This document shows positions 51,201-55,085 of a DNA stretch of 55,085 bases, piece by piece. The DNA lies in contig JBFMGU010000037.1 of NCBI GenBank assembly GCA_040752415.1, positions 1 to 55,085 on the forward strand. Direction: 5' to 3'. Each line of letters starts with the position of its first letter. Position 1 is the stretch's first letter. Source of the DNA: Myxococcota bacterium. Lineage in GTDB: Bacteria > Myxococcota > JACRCW01. A program made the position numbers and the translations under genes. The notes under the pieces were generated by a model. That model ran no database searches, was not told the origin of the DNA, and saw only the letters and a program-made list of their open reading frames with translations.

Positions 51201-53954
51201 CGCAATGGCAGCGAAACAGACACGGACTGCGGTGGTCCGGCCTGCGGGCCCTGTGACGACGGAGATTCGTGCCAGGCCAACACGGACTGCGTGAGCGCGA
51301 GCTGCGTGGCCAACGTGTGCGTGCCGCCTGCGGCAACCTGCTCCGACGGCATCCGCAACGGCAACGAGACCGACGTGGATTGCGGCGGTCCGGATTGCAC
51401 CGACTGCGCCGACGGTCGGGCGTGTCAGGCCAACGAGGACTGCGCCGGCGGGTCGTGCGTGGGGAACGTGTGCCAGGCGCCCGCGCCCTCCTGTCTGGAC
51501 GGCGTGCGGAACGGCGCGGAGACCGACGTCGACTGCGGTGGCCCCGACTGCGACCCCTGCGCCGATGGCCTGGCGTGCCAGACGAACACCGACTGCGCGG
51601 GCGGGTCGTGCGTCGGGGGCATCTGTCAGCCCGTGGTCTCCTCGTGCACCGATGGCGTGCAGAACGGCAGTGAGACCGACGTGGACTGCGGCGGGTCCGA
51701 GTGTCCGGGTTGTGGCGCGGGTCAGGCCTGCCTGACGGGTCGCGATTGTGCCGACGGACGCTGCCGCTCGAACGTGTGCGTGAGCGAGCCCACCTGCGAC
51801 GTGGACGGAATCCAGAATGGCTTCGAGACCGACGTGGATTGTGGCGGGCCCGTGTGTGGTGACTGTGCGGATGGCCAGATGTGCGAGTCGGACGATGACT
51901 GCGTGAGCGCGTGGTGTTCCAACGGCATCTGCACCTCCACGACGTGCGACGACGGCGTGCTCAACGGGAACGAGACCGACGTGGACTGCGGTGGCGGCAC
52001 GTGTGAGCCCTGCGACGAGGGTCGGCGCTGCGAGGTGCCCTCGGACTGCATCTACGGTCGCTGCGAGATGGGAACTGTGTGTCGACGCCAGGTGGCGTGC
52101 GTGGCCAACGGCATGCGGGATGGCACGGAAACCGACGTGGATTGTGGCGGTGGCTGCGCGCCCTGCATCGGCGGGAGCAACTGTGAGGATGACAGTGACT
52201 GCGCGAGCGGGTCGTGCGCCAACAACCTGTGCGAATCCGAGCTCACCTGCGCCGACCTGGTGCAGAACGGCGACGAGACGGACGTGGATTGCGGTGGATC
52301 CTGTCCGCAGTGCCCGGATGGCGCCGCGTGCCGGGTTGACCAGGATTGCGCGAACATGTCCTGCCTGGAGAACACCTGCCAGTTCCCGACGGCGAGCTGC
52401 ACGGATGCCATCCAGAATGGCAGTGAGACCGACGTGGACTGTGGCGGGCCCGACTGTCCGCGGTGCGCTGTGGGCAGCGCGTGCGTGAGTCCTTTGGACT
52501 GCGTGACCGAGCTTTGTCAGGACGGTACCTGCCAGGAGCCGCCCCCGACTCCGTCGTGCACGGATGGCCTGCGCAACGGCAACGAGACGGACGTGGACTG
52601 CGGTGGACCGGAGTGCACCCCGTGCGCGGACGGCCAGCTCTGCAACGTCGCCACGGATTGTGTCACCAACAACTGCCTCGAGGGTGTGTGTCAGCTGCCT
52701 CCTCCCACGCCCACCTGCGATGACGGCGTGCCGAATGGCAGCGAGACCAACGTGGACTGCGGTGGGCCCGACTGTCCGCGGTGCGCCGTGGGCAGCGCGT
52801 GCGTGAGTCCTTTGGACTGCGTGACCGAGCTTTGTCAGGACGGGACCTGCCAGGAGCCGCCCCCGACTCCGTCGTGCACGGATGGTCTGCGCAACGGCAA
52901 CGAGACCGACGTCGACTGCGGTGGGCCCGAGTGCACCCCGTGCGCGGACGGCCAGCTCTGCAACGTCGCCACGGATTGCGTCACCAACAACTGCCTCGAA
53001 GGCGTGTGCCAGCTGCCTCCTCCCACGCCCACCTGCGATGACGGCGTAGGCAACGGCGGTGAGACCGACGTGGATTGTGGCGGTCCGGAGTGCGCTCCCT
53101 GCGCGGACGGGTATGCGTGTCTGGAGAACCGCGACTGCATGGGCGGCGCATGCATGGCCAACGTGTGCACCACCGCTCCCACGTGCAATGACGGCGTGAC
53201 GAATGGCAGTGAGACGGACATCGACTGCGGCGGCGTGGAATGTCCACCATGCGCGGACGGACAGGCGTGCGACAGCGGGCCCGATTGCATGGGTGGCAAC
53301 TGTGTCGAGGGCCTGTGCTCGTCCAGCAGCTGCATCGACGGAACACTCAACGGCGGGGAGTCCGACGTGGATTGCGGCGGTCCAGACTGCGGTCCGTGCG
53401 CCGACGGACAGGCGTGCGCGGACAATCCGGACTGCGCCGGCGGGAGCTGCATCGGCGGCGTGTGCCAATCCATCTCGTGCAATGACGGCATCCGCAACGG
53501 GCAGGAGTCCGACGTGGATTGTGGTGGCCGAGACTGCGGGCCCTGTGGAGAGGGCCAGGCGTGCAATGGTGACCCGGACTGCGCGGTGGGGTCCTGCGTC
53601 GAGGGCTATTGCGTGACCGCGAGCTGCTCCGACGGATTACGCAACGGCTTGGAGACCGACGTGGATTGCGGCGGTCCCGACTGCAGCGCGTGCGCCGACG
53701 GACAGTCCTGTCGGGACAACGGCGATTGCGCCAGCGGCGCCTGCGTCGACGGCCTGTGCGAGACCACGCCCCCACCCCCACCCGGGCCCACGTGCTCCGA
53801 CGGAGAGCAGAACGGCAGCGAGACGGGCGTGGATTGCGGCGGTCCGGAGTGTCCACCATGTGAGGAGGAACCGCCGGAGCCCGAGTGCGAGCGAAACAGC
53901 GACTGCCCGGATGGCCGATGCGTCGACGGCCGCTGCGAGTCGCCGGAGCGGTGA
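48279..53954 (+). CDS. Giant secreted Cys-rich repeat protein (37 x NGxETDVDCGGxxC modules)
   Basis: 1891-aa ORF; hydrophobic N-terminus followed by Cys; 37 DCGG modules counted, typically 8 Cys per ~47-53 aa. Confidence 0.88.
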   Translation: MPMRSCIPAHPLVSAFLLTGAMSWSSCSGAGADTPDCGDGARNGAETDVDCGGTDCPPCSEGKQCVSDTDCANGECVGNKCAPAACTDATESGQETDVDCGGPDCERCADGRTCEVNTDCVSGLCNGGKCRATTCQDEQLNEEETDVDCGGPICGACLPGDTCELPSDCASGVCFEGTCFRPTCTDAVRNADESDVDCGGKTCGGCVLGELCRDGEDCLSGNCQGGTCGPPRCDDNINNGHETDVDCGGPLCGGCSTGEHCILGRDCLSHVCAAGLCRAPTCSDRVRNAEETGVDCGGPTCARCPNGQQCTVNTDCTSNLCSEGVCVASACVNGTKDVGETDVDCGGPDCRDCVVGKRCLVGADCASAVCAGGACRAPSCSDTVKNGSETGVDCGGPTCPDCADGQQCLVGADCASRVCSGNVCRPATCADNIRNGSETDVDCGGAACDDCATGHACVADPDCASGVCVQLLCRAPTCRDGVMNGDETDLDCGGPDCGDCADGRRCEIDTDCDSDVCTSNVCQAPTCDDNEENGSETDEDCGGPVCDECEVGESCEVDNDCESDICRNDICRSSDCNDNVRNGRETDVDCGGPRCDDCGLGDRCRRDRDCDSDFCDDGICRRNPCADNRENGRETDVDCGGPDCDECDAGESCEVDSDCESDICTGGICRRHSCFDNRRNGDETDVDCGGEDCDECNTGEFCEEDEDCESRNCRDDVCRASSCNDDTRNGDETDVDCGGPDCRDCRAGKRCDVDDDCLSDVCTGGTCRASSCTDDVRNGRESDVDCGGSCPDCADGRRCDTDSDCVSDRCVGGICQGYSCSDRVENGRETDVDCGGPDCGDCPAGAACLTNGDCSNNSCVGGVCRTAGCSDGTRNGGETDVDCGGELCNPCDDGRACADNDDCDSAWCVGNVCQVPEPSCTDGIQNGNETDVDCGGPDCGDCVNGQACRANEDCRSGLCAGNVCEAEPTCNDDVRNGSETDTDCGGPACGPCDDGDSCQANTDCVSASCVANVCVPPAATCSDGIRNGNETDVDCGGPDCTDCADGRACQANEDCAGGSCVGNVCQAPAPSCLDGVRNGAETDVDCGGPDCDPCADGLACQTNTDCAGGSCVGGICQPVVSSCTDGVQNGSETDVDCGGSECPGCGAGQACLTGRDCADGRCRSNVCVSEPTCDVDGIQNGFETDVDCGGPVCGDCADGQMCESDDDCVSAWCSNGICTSTTCDDGVLNGNETDVDCGGGTCEPCDEGRRCEVPSDCIYGRCEMGTVCRRQVACVANGMRDGTETDVDCGGGCAPCIGGSNCEDDSDCASGSCANNLCESELTCADLVQNGDETDVDCGGSCPQCPDGAACRVDQDCANMSCLENTCQFPTASCTDAIQNGSETDVDCGGPDCPRCAVGSACVSPLDCVTELCQDGTCQEPPPTPSCTDGLRNGNETDVDCGGPECTPCADGQLCNVATDCVTNNCLEGVCQLPPPTPTCDDGVPNGSETNVDCGGPDCPRCAVGSACVSPLDCVTELCQDGTCQEPPPTPSCTDGLRNGNETDVDCGGPECTPCADGQLCNVATDCVTNNCLEGVCQLPPPTPTCDDGVGNGGETDVDCGGPECAPCADGYACLENRDCMGGACMANVCTTAPTCNDGVTNGSETDIDCGGVECPPCADGQACDSGPDCMGGNCVEGLCSSSSCIDGTLNGGESDVDCGGPDCGPCADGQACADNPDCAGGSCIGGVCQSISCNDGIRNGQESDVDCGGRDCGPCGEGQACNGDPDCAVGSCVEGYCVTASCSDGLRNGLETDVDCGGPDCSACADGQSCRDNGDCASGACVDGLCETTPPPPPGPTCSDGEQNGSETGVDCGGPECPPCEEEPPEPECERNSDCPDGRCVDGRCESPER
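52416..53047 (+). repeat. Recent in-frame tandem duplication of 318 bp (two Cys modules, 106 aa)
   Basis: 52416-52733 is nearly identical to 52734-53047; the differences examined are mostly synonymous transitions. Confidence 0.9.
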
Positions 53955-53959
53955 CCAGT

Positions 53960-54388
53960 TCAGTCTGGCATGGGCCCCACGCGCTCCGTCCACTCGGCAA
54001 TCTCGTCGAGGGAATGCATGCGTCCCCGGTCAATGCCGGGACAGCCCTGACCCGCCAGCAGCCAGTGCATCCGCGTTTCCAGCATCTCCGGGAAGAATGG
54101 CCACGCGCGACACTGCACCGGCTTCACCTCCTGGATGCTGCACGCGTTCCCGACGAGGAAAGGGCAGGGATCGCCGTTGCGGATGTGCATGCGGTCCGCC
54201 TTGGGGCTGGGGATGTAGCGCGCGCGGAAGATCGCCTCGTCGAGCTTGAGGTACGCGGCAATGCGGGCCACCTCGCCGGGGGCGAAATGCACGTCGCCAG
54301 GACCGTGACAGCAGTGGGTGCAGCGCGTGCACTCGAAGCGCAATCCGCCCGCTTCCTCCACCCACACCGGGAGTCGTGACGTCACCAC
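53960..54388 (-). CDS. YkgJ family cysteine-cluster (CxxCxxCC) protein
   Basis: FECTRCTHCC, CPFL, CSIQEVKPVQCRAWPF, CPGI. Confidence 0.9.
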   Translation of the reverse strand: MVTSRLPVWVEEAGGLRFECTRCTHCCHGPGDVHFAPGEVARIAAYLKLDEAIFRARYIPSPKADRMHIRNGDPCPFLVGNACSIQEVKPVQCRAWPFFPEMLETRMHWLLAGQGCPGIDRGRMHSLDEIAEWTERVGPMPD

Positions 54389-55053
54389 CGGATGAACCTC
54401 CCCAGGCCCAGCTCCTCGAGCTCCGGGCGCGCCACGCGCAAGAGCACGGCGTCACGGATGCGCTGGTTGTAGGCCTCCACCACCGCTTCCACCAGGCTCT
54501 TCTCCCGGGCACGCGCCTCCGCGGAGCGGTCCTGCACCCGGGACCGACAGCTCCCCGCGTAGAACACCCGCGCGCGCAACACGTCGAGCGAGTAGGGAAA
54601 CCGCGCGCAGGACAACGGCCACGACGGAAACGCGCCGCACCGGTTGTCCTCGGTCAGCAGGGTGCAGCTCCGCGTTCCGTCCTGCCGCAGGATGGGGAGC
54701 ATGCGCCACGCCTCGCCGTGGACCATGTCATGCAGCGCGGGGTTCTTCTCGATCTCCGACGGGGAGAACGTGGGCTTCTCCTGCGTGACGTGGTCCTGCA
54801 GGCCGGCGTCCACCAGCGCCGCCACGTCGAGCAGGCGCAGCAGCACCACGCGCGTGGGACCCGTGCAGCAGACCTCGGTGCAGCCCTCGCAGTCGGGCAG
54901 CAGGCCCACGGGCATGTCCAGCCGAAGCTCGCGCGCGTCCAGCTCCCGCAGGTCATAGTGACGACGGAGATAGAGCCAGTCCGCCCAGTAGCGTGGCCGC
55001 ATCAGCCGGCGACGAACGGCGGGCGTCCAGAGGTCGCGCAGCGCGCGCTCCAC
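54382..55053 (-). CDS. YkgJ family cysteine-cluster protein (start may lie further upstream)
   Basis: DCEGCTEVCC, CTLLTEDNRC, PLSCARFPY. Confidence 0.8.
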   Translation of the reverse strand: MERALRDLWTPAVRRRLMRPRYWADWLYLRRHYDLRELDARELRLDMPVGLLPDCEGCTEVCCTGPTRVVLLRLLDVAALVDAGLQDHVTQEKPTFSPSEIEKNPALHDMVHGEAWRMLPILRQDGTRSCTLLTEDNRCGAFPSWPLSCARFPYSLDVLRARVFYAGSCRSRVQDRSAEARAREKSLVEAVVEAYNQRIRDAVLLRVARPELEELGLGRFIRW

Positions 55054-55085
55054 GGGGCCGGGGCGGGTGGGGAGTGGTCGCGGCT

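Noticed and set aside
52416..53047. Possible DGR template/variable repeat pair
   Set aside because: Directly tandem, in-frame copies differing mainly by synonymous C/T changes rather than adenine-specific ones; no reverse transcriptase in the window
48354..53566. Multiple long minus-strand ORFs with PPQSTSVS / AAIHVGL repeats
   Set aside because: Antisense readings of the ETDVDCGG repeat gene

Overview
High-GC bacterial chromosome segment with typical Myxococcota gene content: a LonD/BsgA-like Lon protease, a PilZ-like/Pro-rich protein, 'DVWAVG' beta-propellers and an ETDVDCGG Cys-rich repeat protein. The core-like flanks (1-23.3 kb and 39.8-55 kb) surround a ~16 kb accessory island (~23.5-39.7 kb) with no integrase. 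The island lies between what look like the 5' and 3' remnants of a decayed PIN/VapC toxin gene. It carries (i) a single-pass receptor-like protein with a cytoplasmic PNP/MTA-nucleosidase domain and an extracytoplasmic LRR/L-domain solenoid (Toll-like-receptor-like topology) and (ii) a Sec-signal SpvB/FG-GAP/RHS toxin with a PD-(D/E)xK nuclease tip and a coupled putative immunity gene. Outside the island, the radical SAM ORF that apparently stops at 15463 is very likely a selenoprotein (C-U-A-E-P tail plus a SECIS-like hairpin) and lies near an ATP-grasp ligase. Other oddities are a PduL-like protein lacking its metal-binding histidines coupled to an adenosine deaminase, an E-H-S subtilase, and repeated signs of leaderless promoters. 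No rRNA, tRNA or CRISPR array was recognised. Family assignments come from motif recognition by eye, not from database searches.
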